This document shows positions 35,065-44,635 of a DNA stretch of 53,915 nucleotides, in pieces. Position 1 is the stretch's first letter. Each line of letters opens with the position of its first letter. The stretch spans positions 1-53,915 of the forward strand of contig CANPFW010000004.1 in the NCBI GenBank assembly GCA_947573405.1, read 5' to 3'. The notes under the pieces were generated by a model. The model worked only from the letters and a program-made list of their open reading frames with translations. It did not search any database and was not told where the DNA came from. Source of the DNA: an uncultured Clostridia bacterium. Its GTDB lineage: Bacteria > Bacillota > Clostridia > Oscillospirales > CAG-272. The position numbers and the translations under genes were made by a program.

Positions 35065-37233
35065 ATGAGAAAACACGGTCGTTTTACAATCCCCATTCAG
35101 GCGGATTTTATGGAAGAAACAAAGGAACTGATCCATCGCTGGGGTGCGGATGCAGTTCGGAATAGTGATGGAACAGAACTCACCGAATCGGTGGATGCAT
35201 TGCGCCCCGCGAAAATATATGCCGCCTATTTTGTTGCCCGGGGATATAATGAATTTGCACGCTCCCATCCGGCAGAGCGGCAGCGAATCTTTTTAATGAG
35301 CGCCCGCCATACAGCGGTGGGAGCGCAGCTTTCCTTTCCCATTATGGAAGGGTATTTTGAGAGCCAATTGGAGCCGGATTATGATTGGGATCCAGAACAC
35401 AACTGGGAGGTACGGGATCGAACCCAGGGTACGGTTCTCTCTGGAGAGTATGTTGATATAGATCGGACTGCTGGTATGGTAACCATACAAAAAACAGTAC
35501 CGGGACATGTATATACCCTTTCTTTTCCTGCATTTATTAACTGGGATCCCACACAGATGTATAACTATATCACAAACAATTGGCAGGGACGGGAGCGGGA
35601 CATCCCGTTTGATGTGCATGGAGAGATGTCCTGGGCGTTTATGAAAACAGCTCTGTCCCATTGGTTGGCGCAAAATCCCCATGTGGATGTAGTGCGGTTT
35701 ACTACGTTTTTTTATCATTTCACATTGGTTTACGACAATTGCAGAAGAGAGAAATATGTAGATTGGCTTGGATACGGCGGCGCCGTATCTCCTGCTGCAC
35801 TGATCGGGTTTGAAAAGGAATATGGCTATAAATTGGGTCCGGAGGATTTTGTGGACGAAGGATATTACAACAATTCCTTCCGTCCGCCCCGCAGACAGTA
35901 TCTGGATTATATGGAATATATTCAGAAATATGTCAGCGAGCGGGCGGGGAAGCTTGTAGATATGGTGCATCAGGACGGCAAAGAAGCGATGATGTTTTTG
36001 GGAGATAACTGGATCGGTGCAGAGCCATATGGAAAGTATTTCTCCAAGATCGGGTTGGACGCGGTGGTTGGCAGTGTAAACAGCGGTGTCACGCTCCGAA
36101 TGATTGCGGATATTCCTCATGTGAAATATACGGAAGCGCGGTTCCTGCCTTACTTTTTTCCGGATTCCTTTTATCCGGGCGGGCATCCGGAAGTGGAAGC
36201 GCAGGAAAACTGGATTGCCGCGCGGCGCGCAATTCTGCGCAGTCCGGTGTCTCGAATCGGATATGGGGGATATTTGAGTCTTGCAGCAGAATTTCCTGCG
36301 TTTGTAGAATGTGTGGAACGGATTGCCGATGAGTTTCGTGAAATTCTGGATACCATTGAGGGACATAGTCCCTATGCGCCCATTACGGTGGGGGTGCTGA
36401 ACTGTTGGGGAGAACTGCGCTCCTGGCAAGGATATATTGCAGCACATGGAATGACGTATAAGCAAACCTATTCCTATCTTGGTGTATTGGAAGCCCTCAG
36501 CGGCATGGCTGTTAATGTGCGGTTTATCCGGTTTTCGGATATTGTAGAAAATGGAATTCCCGAAGATATTGATGTGATTATCAATGCTGGTGATGCAGGT
36601 ACTGCTTTCTCTGGGGGCGCATGTTGGAACAATGAAGCACTGCTGGAGAAGCTGCGTATGTGGGTTTGGCAGGGCGGTGGCTTCATCGGTGTGGGAGAGC
36701 CGTCTGCATATCCCTATCAGGGACGGTATTTTCAGTTAAGTGACGTATTGGGTGTGGATCAGGAGCGTGGCTTCACTGTGAATGAGGACAAGTATCATAC
36801 AGAGGTAACAGAATCGCATTTTATTACGAAGGACGTAATGGAACCGCTGAATTTCGGCGAATGTAAAAATAATGTGTACGCAGCGGCAGAAGACTGTGAG
36901 ATTTTAGAGCATTCCAATGGTGAGGTGCATCTCAGCGCCCATGTATACGGTGCGGGCAAAGGAGTATATATTGCGGGGCTGCCCTACAGCAGTCAGAATA
37001 CCCGCCTTTTGCTGCGCTGCTTGTATTATGCGGCGGGAATGGAAGATCAGATGCATATTTATTATGCGGAAAATCCCTGCTGTGAAGTGCACGGATATCG
37101 CAGCTGCGGTCAATATGCATTGGTAAATAATTCGATGGAAAGCTGCATTACAAGGTTTTGGGATGGCGTTGGTGCAGAGCATACGGCGCAGCTTGCTCCC
37201 GGAGAAATTCGGTGGATGGAAATGAAAACCTGA
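35065..37233 (+). CDS. gnpA: 1,3-beta-galactosyl-N-acetylhexosamine phosphorylase (GH112)
   Basis: GRFTIP, WGADAVR.SDGT, MYNYITN.W, VVRFTTFFY.F, RFLPYFFPD, IGYGGYL; 722 aa. Confidence 0.92.
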   Translation: MRKHGRFTIPIQADFMEETKELIHRWGADAVRNSDGTELTESVDALRPAKIYAAYFVARGYNEFARSHPAERQRIFLMSARHTAVGAQLSFPIMEGYFESQLEPDYDWDPEHNWEVRDRTQGTVLSGEYVDIDRTAGMVTIQKTVPGHVYTLSFPAFINWDPTQMYNYITNNWQGRERDIPFDVHGEMSWAFMKTALSHWLAQNPHVDVVRFTTFFYHFTLVYDNCRREKYVDWLGYGGAVSPAALIGFEKEYGYKLGPEDFVDEGYYNNSFRPPRRQYLDYMEYIQKYVSERAGKLVDMVHQDGKEAMMFLGDNWIGAEPYGKYFSKIGLDAVVGSVNSGVTLRMIADIPHVKYTEARFLPYFFPDSFYPGGHPEVEAQENWIAARRAILRSPVSRIGYGGYLSLAAEFPAFVECVERIADEFREILDTIEGHSPYAPITVGVLNCWGELRSWQGYIAAHGMTYKQTYSYLGVLEALSGMAVNVRFIRFSDIVENGIPEDIDVIINAGDAGTAFSGGACWNNEALLEKLRMWVWQGGGFIGVGEPSAYPYQGRYFQLSDVLGVDQERGFTVNEDKYHTEVTESHFITKDVMEPLNFGECKNNVYAAAEDCEILEHSNGEVHLSAHVYGAGKGVYIAGLPYSSQNTRLLLRCLYYAAGMEDQMHIYYAENPCCEVHGYRSCGQYALVNNSMESCITRFWDGVGAEHTAQLAPGEIRWMEMKT

Positions 37234-37253
37234 AGAAAGGTGTGGTCGTTATC

Positions 37254-37418
37254 ATGAAATTGCTGCGATATAGTCTTATGGTGCTGCTGTTTGCGGTGAG
37301 TATTTCTCTGATAGTTGTATTTCAGCGTCATATCGGCGCGCTTTACGCAGGAATTATGCTGCTTGGCATTGCCGGGCTGCTGTTCCTGCTTTGGATATAT
37401 AACAGAAAATATAGGTAA
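37254..37418 (+). CDS. Small two-TM membrane protein closing the GH112 operon
   Basis: 54 aa, hydrophobic, ends LLWIYNRKYR; GAAAGG RBS. Confidence 0.7.
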   Translation: MKLLRYSLMVLLFAVSISLIVVFQRHIGALYAGIMLLGIAGLLFLLWIYNRKYR

Positions 37419-37436
37419 AAGCCAGCTTCAAACGAA

Positions 37437-37584
37437 AAAAGACCCCCTTGTGTAAAGGGGGCAGTCACAGTTTGCTGTGACTGAGGGATTGTTTTACTTT
37501 CTTTTTGAGGGATTTACAAATTAACAGCCTCATTTAGACAATCCCTCACCCGCTATGCGGGAGCTCCCTTTGCACAAGGGAGCC
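37437..37584. repeat. Palindromic repeat family locus C (inverted core)
   Basis: CCCCCTTGTGTAAAGGGGG..GAGGGATTGT...ACAATCCCTC..GCTCCCTTTGCACAAGGGAGC. Confidence 0.9.
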
Positions 37585-37631
37585 TAATAAAGGTATTTGC
37601 CAAGAGCGCCTTTTTATTAAATACAACCTCT

Positions 37632-37886
37632 TTATTTAGAAAAATTCACTGCGGACATAAGGGTGACTTCCTTCACATCGTACAATTTAGACAATTGTCG
37701 TACCATTTGCGTCTGTATAGCCGCGTCCCCTCTGGAAACGATCAGCATCCGGGAAAAGTTCGGATCTGCCGTCTCATTCACATTCAGACTGTCGATATTA
37801 TATCCCCGGCGGGCGTATAGCCCGGTGATCCGGTTCAGTACGCCGTAGCGGTTGGCTACAATCAATTCTATTGTAAACTTATCCAT
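37632..37886 (-). CDS. ilvN: Acetolactate synthase small subunit (ACT domain only)
   Basis: N.YGVLNRITGLYARRGYNIDSL, QLSKLYDV. Confidence 0.9.
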   Translation of the reverse strand: MDKFTIELIVANRYGVLNRITGLYARRGYNIDSLNVNETADPNFSRMLIVSRGDAAIQTQMVRQLSKLYDVKEVTLMSAVNFSK

Positions 37887-37899
37887 AGTTGAAACCTTT

Positions 37900-39546
37900 C
37901 TATGAAATAACAATATCTTCTACGCATCCGCCCGGCGGAATCATAGGAAACACTTTTTCATCAATATCAATGGGACATTCGATTACAGCAGGACTGTTCT
38001 CGGGTGCATTGCACAATGCCAATTCTAATTCTTCGAGGGTGTGTACAGTAAAGCCGGCTGCGCCGAAGGCTTTTGCCAGTGCAGCAAAATCTGTTTTGCG
38101 GTGAAGGGTTGACTGTGAATAACGCTTTTCATAAAACATAGTCTGCCACTGACGAACCATGCCAAGAGCGCCATTGTTCAAGATGATAACCGTAATGGGC
38201 AGTTTCTGGGTAACAGCGGTGGCAAGTTCGTTTAAATTCATACCGAAGCTTCCATCGCTTGTGAACAAAACCGTTCTTTTTCTGCCGCTTGCAATACATC
38301 CGCCGATCGCGGCGCCCAGCCCGAAGCCCATTGTGCCAAGTCCTCCGGAGGTGAGCAGGGTGCGCGGCTTTGCGAAAGGATAATACAGCATGGTCCACAT
38401 CTGATGCTGACCGACATCCGTTGCAATGATGGTATCATCACTACAGTACCGGCTTGTGGTTTTAATGATATTTCTTGGTGAAAAATCGTTACTGGGCGAT
38501 ATAGTTTGACTTTTCTTCAATCCGGCAGCATAATCCGTCCAAGCTTTTCGCTCACCTTTTGGCAGAATATCCAGCAGAGCGTGCAGAACCTGCTTGATAT
38601 CTCCGCAAACACTGATTTGTGAAACAACGTTTTTATCAATTTCTGACAGATCAATATCAATATGCAGAATCGTTCTGTCTTTCTCGTATGCATTGATATC
38701 ACCGGTGGCGCGATCGGAAAAGCGTACGCCTAGGGCGATAATCAGATCGCTTTCTGCCTGTACAAGGGAGGCGGCGTATGCGCCGTGCATTCCGCACATG
38801 CCTAAATTCCATTCGTAGGAAGCGGGGAGGGCGGTCATTCCCATCATACTTAGTCCTACAGGTGCGGATATGTGCCGGGAAAATTCCAGCAGTTCTGCTC
38901 CTGCGCCGGACGCGACAACACCGCCGCCCGCGTAGATATACGGGCGTTTGGATGCCTGTATGGCTGCCACAGCCTGCTGCAAATCAAACTGCTTTTTTGG
39001 CATTTCTACAGATGCAGGTTTCATCTCCATATATTCGCAGATTTCTGTTTGGATGTTTTTGGGAATATCCACCAGTACCGGACCTTTGCGTCCGCTGTTT
39101 GCAATGCGGAATGCTTCATGGAGGGTGAATTCCAGTTCATGAATATCCCGAACCACAAAATTATGTTTCACAACAGGCTGGGTGATTCCTACAATATCCA
39201 CTTCCTGAAAGCTGTCTTTTCCGAGAAGGGGAACGTCTACGTTGCCTGTGATCGCTACTATAGGAACGCTGTCCAGATATGCATTGGCGATTCCGGTTAC
39301 GATATTGGTGGCACCCGGTCCGCTTGTGGTGATGACCACGCCGGTTCTGCCGGATGCGCGTGCATAGCCGTCTGCCGCGTGGGCTGCACCTTGTTCATGG
39401 GCAGTTATGATATGGTGGATTCGGTGGGCATTTTTATATAATTCGTCATATAAAGGCAGAACGGCGCTCCCGGGATATCCGAACACGGTATCTGCACCGT
39501 GGGCGCATAATTGCTCAATGATAATTTGTGCTCCGTTTATTTTCAC
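37900..39546 (-). CDS. ilvB: Acetolactate synthase large subunit
   Basis: HEQGAAHAADGYAR, DVGQHQMW, DGSFGMN; GTG start after GGAGG. Confidence 0.95.
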   Translation of the reverse strand: MKINGAQIIIEQLCAHGADTVFGYPGSAVLPLYDELYKNAHRIHHIITAHEQGAAHAADGYARASGRTGVVITTSGPGATNIVTGIANAYLDSVPIVAITGNVDVPLLGKDSFQEVDIVGITQPVVKHNFVVRDIHELEFTLHEAFRIANSGRKGPVLVDIPKNIQTEICEYMEMKPASVEMPKKQFDLQQAVAAIQASKRPYIYAGGGVVASGAGAELLEFSRHISAPVGLSMMGMTALPASYEWNLGMCGMHGAYAASLVQAESDLIIALGVRFSDRATGDINAYEKDRTILHIDIDLSEIDKNVVSQISVCGDIKQVLHALLDILPKGERKAWTDYAAGLKKSQTISPSNDFSPRNIIKTTSRYCSDDTIIATDVGQHQMWTMLYYPFAKPRTLLTSGGLGTMGFGLGAAIGGCIASGRKRTVLFTSDGSFGMNLNELATAVTQKLPITVIILNNGALGMVRQWQTMFYEKRYSQSTLHRKTDFAALAKAFGAAGFTVHTLEELELALCNAPENSPAVIECPIDIDEKVFPMIPPGGCVEDIVIS

Positions 39547-39572
39547 GTGAGATCCTCCTGCCATGTAGCTGT

Positions 39573-39608
39573 AAAAGAACCCCCTTGCAGCGAATGCTGC
39601 AAGGGGGT
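39573..39608 (-). terminator. Attenuator terminator in the ilvB leader
   Basis: 13-bp stem ACCCCCTTGCAGC/GCTGCAAGGGGGT followed by TCTTTT on the minus strand. Confidence 0.85.
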
Positions 39609-39624
39609 GAGAAAGCCGTTCCCC

Positions 39625-39708
39625 TTAATCAGCACAACGCAAAACAGCACTATCACCAAATACGATAATGCTCACGACCGCGACTATGCTGACAACTGTA
39701 AGGATCAT
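39625..39708 (-). CDS. Ile/Val/Leu-rich leader peptide MILTVVSIVAVVSIIVFGDSAVLRCAD
   Basis: GGAGG RBS; 11 of the first 16 codons encode I/L/V; ends just before the terminator. Confidence 0.85.
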   Translation of the reverse strand: MILTVVSIVAVVSIIVFGDSAVLRCAD

Positions 39709-39734
39709 GTCTGCGCCTCCTAATAATTTATTTT

Positions 39735-39763
39735 ATCATAGCACAAGCAGAAGGCATTGTCAA
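39735..39763 (-). promoter_or_regulatory. sigmaA promoter of the ilv leader
   Basis: TTGACA-17 bp-TATGAT with extended TG (minus strand). Confidence 0.75.
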
Positions 39764-39842
39764 TTGTTATTTTGATGAATCTTCTTGCTTATGCGTCTGT
39801 GTGCATATATAATGAAAAGAAAAGTACAAAGGAGGCGGTCAT

Positions 39843-40313
39843 ATGAGAAGAAGCGAACGGGAAATTACGGATACAGAAGAAATACAGGAAATTTTAGACG
39901 AGTGTAAAACATGTCATGTGGCAATGCGGGACGGGGAAGAGGAATATATTGTTCCGTTGAATTATGGGTATACTTTAGAGGACGGCGTTTTGACGCTGTA
40001 TTTCCACAGCGCAAAAGAGGGACGTAAAATGGATATATGGAATTGCCGCAGGGAAGTTTGCTTGGCAGTCAGCCGGGAAGGTGCACTGTGTACCGCACCA
40101 TCGCCGTGCGGATATGGATATTGCTATTCCAGCGTTATTGGCTGGGGTGCGGTGGAATTCATAGAAGATGCGGCGGACAAGTGCAGCGCGTTGTCTTTGC
40201 TGTTTGGGCACCAGACGGGAGAGCGGGTAACTTTTTCACCGCAGCAGGTAGAAGCTGTTTGCGTGTATAAAATTAGATGCACACGCTTTACTGCAAAAAG
40301 AAGAACAATGTAA
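39843..40313 (+). CDS. Pyridoxamine 5'-phosphate oxidase family / NimA-like flavin-binding protein
   Basis: MRR..REI, YIVPLNYG, LYFHSAKEGRK, YSSVIG. Confidence 0.88.
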   Translation: MRRSEREITDTEEIQEILDECKTCHVAMRDGEEEYIVPLNYGYTLEDGVLTLYFHSAKEGRKMDIWNCRREVCLAVSREGALCTAPSPCGYGYCYSSVIGWGAVEFIEDAADKCSALSLLFGHQTGERVTFSPQQVEAVCVYKIRCTRFTAKRRTM

Positions 40314-40327
40314 CAGTGTACGAAGTG

Positions 40328-41107
40328 TTATTTCAGCAGTTCTTCGTAGCAGAAATTTTTATAGGATTTATTCATAATCCATATTGCTGCTGCGGCGCAA
40401 AGGATGCCGAACAACAGCAAAATCCAGATATTGATAAACATAAACCCGGAAAACTGGGATGCTGCAAGTGCTATAATAGGAAGCACCAGAAACACGCCCC
40501 GCTGCTGTGCTTCTTCAACGGTCTGTGCTTTGGCTGATCCACGGACGATCAGGGTAATTGCCATCAGGGATACGGCGGGGGAAACGATGAGCAGAAGAAT
40601 CGCCCAACTGACATCGGGCAGGATGATATGATCCAGCAGGAAAAATGTTTCTGTTTGCACGACGAGAAGCATGGCGACAAAAGATATAAGGGAGACGAAC
40701 ATGCTGAGGAGGAATGCGGCTGAAATTTTTGCAAAGAATATTTCCCGTAGGGACATAGGACAGTACAGCAGGGTTTCCAATGTTCGCTTTTCCTTTTCGC
40801 CTACAAAGGAGCTAGCCGCCATTACGGAAGCTGCCATAATAGGAACCAGCAAAAAGAACAGGGGAATAATATTGTTTATAATCAGATCGACCGCCGCGCG
40901 TTTCAAATCTGCATTTTGCATTTCCTGGGGAAGTTGTGACAGCAGTGCTTTTAGATCTGTGGATTCAAAAGGGGCAAAGGTGATGGTTACAATAAAAACG
41001 GAGGGAAGAATGACCGTCATCACCAATGGAACAACCAGTAAAACAGCGAACAAACGTTTGTTTACTGTGATGCTGCGGATATCCTTTTTTATCAATGCGT
41101 TTTTCAT
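40328..41107 (-). CDS. ABC-2 type permease
   Basis: SFVGEKEKRTLETLL, multiple TM helices. Confidence 0.88.
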   Translation of the reverse strand: MKNALIKKDIRSITVNKRLFAVLLVVPLVMTVILPSVFIVTITFAPFESTDLKALLSQLPQEMQNADLKRAAVDLIINNIIPLFFLLVPIMAASVMAASSFVGEKEKRTLETLLYCPMSLREIFFAKISAAFLLSMFVSLISFVAMLLVVQTETFFLLDHIILPDVSWAILLLIVSPAVSLMAITLIVRGSAKAQTVEEAQQRGVFLVLPIIALAASQFSGFMFINIWILLLFGILCAAAAIWIMNKSYKNFCYEELLK

Positions 41108-42024
41108 TTGAATTCCTCCTTTTGTTTATTCTTTTCTAAAAAGCGGAAATATATTTCTTCCAGTGTCAGCTCTCCGGCGGAAACGTGGTATATTTTGCCG
41201 CCGGATTCCACGATGGCTTTGACGATATCCGGGATTTCATTTTCTGTGGTTACAGCGGCGGTGTAAATACCCGGCTCTTTTGGGTTCAGATGCAGATTCT
41301 CCGGAACATGATCCGCATGAATGGTGACTGGAATATAGGTGGTTACACTGTTTCGCAATTCTCCCAGTGTTCCGCATGCCAATAGTGTCCCGCTGCTGAT
41401 CAGTCCGTAGCAGGTACAGATTTCCTGGGCATAGCGTAGCTGGTGGGTGCACAAAAAAACAGTAGTTCCGTTTTCTTCTGCCAGATGACGGATCAGCGTG
41501 TTGACGTTTTTTGCGCTTTCGGGGTCCAGTCCGGAAGTCGGTTCATCCAGAAAAAGGATTTTGGGACTGTGAAGCATGGCACGTGCCAGAGAAAGCCGCT
41601 GACGCATACCAGTGGAATAGGAGGACAGCTTTTGTTCGCCTGCCTCTGTCAGAGACAAGCGGGCAAGCAGTTCCCGTGCTCGGTCTTTTCCTGCTTTTTC
41701 CGACATGCCAAAGACAGAGGCATAAAAAAGCAGATTTTCCATTCCGGTCATATTGTCATACATTTGTGCATGTTCCGTTACAAAACCGGATATTTTGTGA
41801 ATTGCCCCAGGGTTTTCGCTGGGTGTTAAGTCAAATACGCGGCAGCGTCCTTCTGTAGGAGTGAGCATGCCTCCAAGCAATTTGACTGTGGTAGTCTTTC
41901 CTGCACCATTGGGACCAAGAAACCCGAAAATTTCTCCCGATTCAATGGCAAAAGAAATTCCGTGCAGTGCTTTTTTTCCGGAATGATAGGTTTTTGTCAA
42001 ATTTTCTACCGCTACTGCTTGCAT
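41104..42024 (-). CDS. ABC-2 type ATP-binding protein
   Basis: GPNGAGKTT, YSTGMRQR, LDEPTSGLD. Confidence 0.92.
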   Translation of the reverse strand: MQAVAVENLTKTYHSGKKALHGISFAIESGEIFGFLGPNGAGKTTTVKLLGGMLTPTEGRCRVFDLTPSENPGAIHKISGFVTEHAQMYDNMTGMENLLFYASVFGMSEKAGKDRARELLARLSLTEAGEQKLSSYSTGMRQRLSLARAMLHSPKILFLDEPTSGLDPESAKNVNTLIRHLAEENGTTVFLCTHQLRYAQEICTCYGLISSGTLLACGTLGELRNSVTTYIPVTIHADHVPENLHLNPKEPGIYTAAVTTENEIPDIVKAIVESGGKIYHVSAGELTLEEIYFRFLEKNKQKEEFK

Positions 42025-42046
42025 TGCTGATCCTTCCTTTCAACAC

Positions 42047-42079
42047 ATCATATTGATATTATAATAATATCAATATGAT
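42047..42079. promoter_or_regulatory. Perfect 33-bp palindrome (putative operator) overlapping the ABC exporter promoter
   Basis: ATCATATTGATATTAT-A-ATAATATCAATATGAT; minus-strand TTGACA at 42089-42084. Confidence 0.75.
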
Positions 42080-42140
42080 TATTTGTCAAGAACTTTTGTG
42101 TATTTACTTGAATTTATGTTAAAGAATTTTTTGCAGATGA

Positions 42141-42384
42141 AAAAAGCGTCCCATGAAGGGGCGCAAAGCAAAGCCAGTGATGATTATAAAGGTTCCTTGT
42201 AAGAATTTTCAAGCCGCATTTGGGAGCAGTTATCAGTGCTTTTTATAAGGCTTCAACGGATTTTCTGCGCTTGTGCACAGCACTGATAAAAGGCTTTCCC
42301 GTTAAAGGGAGTTTTGGCATAGCTTTAACGAGAAAGCCCCCTTGTGCAAAGGGGGCATCCCGCGATAGCGGGTGGGGGATTGTA
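42141..42384. repeat. Palindromic repeat family locus D (left half plus decayed upstream copies)
   Basis: GCCCCCTTGTGCAAAGGGGGC-ATCCCGCGATAGCGGGTGGGGGATTGT; weaker AAAGGC-started copies upstream. Confidence 0.75.
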
Positions 42385-42493
42385 TTACTATAAAAATTAT
42401 TTCCTTTTTCAGCCAAATATGCTTTCACCCAAAAATTATCGCAAATATTCCGAATATACTTGCAGAAACTATGAAGGAAAGGAGGAGATAATT

Positions 42494-43315
42494 TTGAAAA
42501 AGATACTTGTGTTTATACTCCTCGCAACGGTACTGATTTTACCTGCGTCTGCAGCCGTAGATACAGAAAATTGTGTGAAACTGCCGATTGTAATGTACCA
42601 CCATTTGTCACCGAAGCAGAAACTGCTGGGCGACTATGTCCTGTCTCCCGATGAATTGGAATCAGATTTGCAGTATCTGCGTGAGCAGGGTTATGAGAGC
42701 ATTACTACGAAGCAGTTGATTCAGTGGAGCAAGGGAGAAGCACAGCTGCCCGAAAAACCTGTTATGATCACGTTTGATGACGGATATGAATCCACCCTTG
42801 TGTATGGCGGACCACTTTTGGAAAAATACGGTTTTCAGGCAGTCATTGCAGTCATCGGCAGTGCGGCGGATCTATTCAGCGAAAAAACGGATCACATGCT
42901 GGACTATTCCTATCTTGCATGGGATGCGGTTCGCGATATTTCCAATGGAAATATTTTTGAAATCCAATGCCATACCTACACGATGCATAAGCTCAATACC
43001 CGGAAGGGATGTGGAAAGATCACCGGAGAGGATTATACCAATTATAAATCTAAGCTTGTGGAAGATCTTACCCGCTTCCGGGATAAATGCGAGCAGGAGG
43101 ATGTGCAGCTTGTAAATGCAATTGCTTTTCCCTATGGCGTTTATTGTGATGATACGCTTTCCATTATAAAGGATATGGGGTTTGAAGCTGCTTTTACTTG
43201 CACCGAACGAATCAATTATTTAAGCGGTGACCCGGAAGAGCTGTACGAACTGCGCCGGTTTAACCGTCCCCACGGCATATCCAGCGAACAGTTTTTCAAA
43301 AAATGGGAAGACTGA
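42494..43315 (+). CDS. Secreted polysaccharide deacetylase (CE4)
   Basis: Signal peptide, PIVMYHH, ITFDDGY, HTY.MH, AFPYG; TTG start after GGAGG. Confidence 0.9.
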   Translation: MKKILVFILLATVLILPASAAVDTENCVKLPIVMYHHLSPKQKLLGDYVLSPDELESDLQYLREQGYESITTKQLIQWSKGEAQLPEKPVMITFDDGYESTLVYGGPLLEKYGFQAVIAVIGSAADLFSEKTDHMLDYSYLAWDAVRDISNGNIFEIQCHTYTMHKLNTRKGCGKITGEDYTNYKSKLVEDLTRFRDKCEQEDVQLVNAIAFPYGVYCDDTLSIIKDMGFEAAFTCTERINYLSGDPEELYELRRFNRPHGISSEQFFKKWED

Positions 43316-43318
43316 CCC

Positions 43319-44293
43319 TTACAGCAAATTTTTACGCTGCCAAGCTGGATCTTCAATAGTCAGATAGGACAGGGGTACGTCCAGAACAGTCATAGCGCCT
43401 TTGCGTCCTTCCCGGTTCAGGCGTACAGCAGCCCGCGCATATGCGGTGAGCACGCTGGCGGTAAATTCCGGGTTGGAATCCAGCTTCAGGGAAAATTCCA
43501 TTACGTGGTTGTTATCACCAGTGCTGCCGCTGCGGATTACCATGCCTCCGTGGGGCATTTTGCTGTGATTCCTCTTTAATTCTTCTTCTGTTACAAAGGT
43601 AACGGTTGTGTCATAATCGGCAAAGTAGTTAGGCATGGTTTTGATATCCTGCTCAATGCGGGCTTTGTCCGCGCCTTCCTTTGCAACAACGTAGCATTCA
43701 CGCAGATGTTTCTGCCGGGTGGTCAGTTCGGGGTTTTTGCCATCGCGCACAGCTTGTACTGCTTCTTCTACGGGAACCGTATACTGGATTGCATTTGCAA
43801 CACCTTCGATTCGGCGGATTGCGTCGGAATGTCCTTGGGACACGCCGCGTCCCCAGAAGGTGTAGTCGCTGCCGCAGGGCAGTGCGGCAAGGGAAAGCTG
43901 ACGCATAATAGAAAACAGTCCCGGATCCCAGCCTACGGAAAGTACGGATACTTTATCTTTGGCGGCGCTGTCCATTGCTGCAAAATAATCGGGGATTTTT
44001 GCATGGGTGTCAAAGCTGTCGATTGTATTGAAAATGCCGGCGAAGGCAGGACCTTGCTTGGGTAAATCGGTTGCGGAACCACCGCAGAGGATGACAATGT
44101 CCAAATCGTCCCGCATGCTTGCGGCGTCCTCAGTACGCAGGATTTTCGCGTCCAGCGTATTGGTTTGCAGTGCGGCAGGGTCGCGCCGGGTGAAGAATGC
44201 TTTCAGTTCCATATCCGGGGCTGCGTTCACTGCTTTTTCCACGCCGCGGCCTATATTACCGTATCCTGCGATTCCAACTTTGATTTTTTCCAT
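43319..44293 (-). CDS. ddh: meso-Diaminopimelate dehydrogenase
   Basis: GYGNIG, CGGSATDLP, DSFDTHA, GWDPGLFS, SQGHSDA, NPEFTAS. Confidence 0.95.
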   Translation of the reverse strand: MEKIKVGIAGYGNIGRGVEKAVNAAPDMELKAFFTRRDPAALQTNTLDAKILRTEDAASMRDDLDIVILCGGSATDLPKQGPAFAGIFNTIDSFDTHAKIPDYFAAMDSAAKDKVSVLSVGWDPGLFSIMRQLSLAALPCGSDYTFWGRGVSQGHSDAIRRIEGVANAIQYTVPVEEAVQAVRDGKNPELTTRQKHLRECYVVAKEGADKARIEQDIKTMPNYFADYDTTVTFVTEEELKRNHSKMPHGGMVIRSGSTGDNNHVMEFSLKLDSNPEFTASVLTAYARAAVRLNREGRKGAMTVLDVPLSYLTIEDPAWQRKNLL

Positions 44294-44338
44294 ATATAAA
44301 TTCTCCTTAAATAATAATATGCCCAGGTTTTATAAGTC

Positions 44339-44372
44339 AAAAAGCCACGCACCAAAACAGTGCGTGGCTTTT
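44339..44372 (-). terminator. Terminator downstream of tRNA-Arg(CCG)
   Basis: AAAAGCCACGCAC...GTGCGTGGCTTTT. Confidence 0.7.
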
Positions 44373-44390
44373 CAGGCAGCGTACTGCCGT

Positions 44391-44467
44391 TGGCCTGTCT
44401 GGCAGGATTTGAACCCGCGACACCTGGAATCGGAATCCAGTGCTCTATCCAGCTGAGCTACAGACAG
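44391..44467 (-). tRNA. tRNA-Arg (anticodon CCG)
   Basis: Reverse complement CTGTCTG..TAGCTCAGCTGGATAGAGC..CTGGA-TTCCGAT-TCCAG..GGTTCAAATCC..CAGACAG-G-CCA. Confidence 0.93.
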
Positions 44468-44635
44468 ATGTTCAGAGATCTCACAACCATGCAGTGCTTT
44501 TTCTGAACTGCCCGATTATTATAGCACAAAAAAATGGATTTGTAAACCCATTTTTTTTGAAAAGAAAAATATTTGCTATTATGTGCAAATTGTGATATAC
44601 TGATAGCAGTAAATTAGGTGCAGCGGGAGGAAAAT

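Noticed and set aside
44570-44635. ZTP riboswitch upstream of fhs
   Set aside because: The likely promoter is only ~35 nt from the start codon, leaving no room and no motif.
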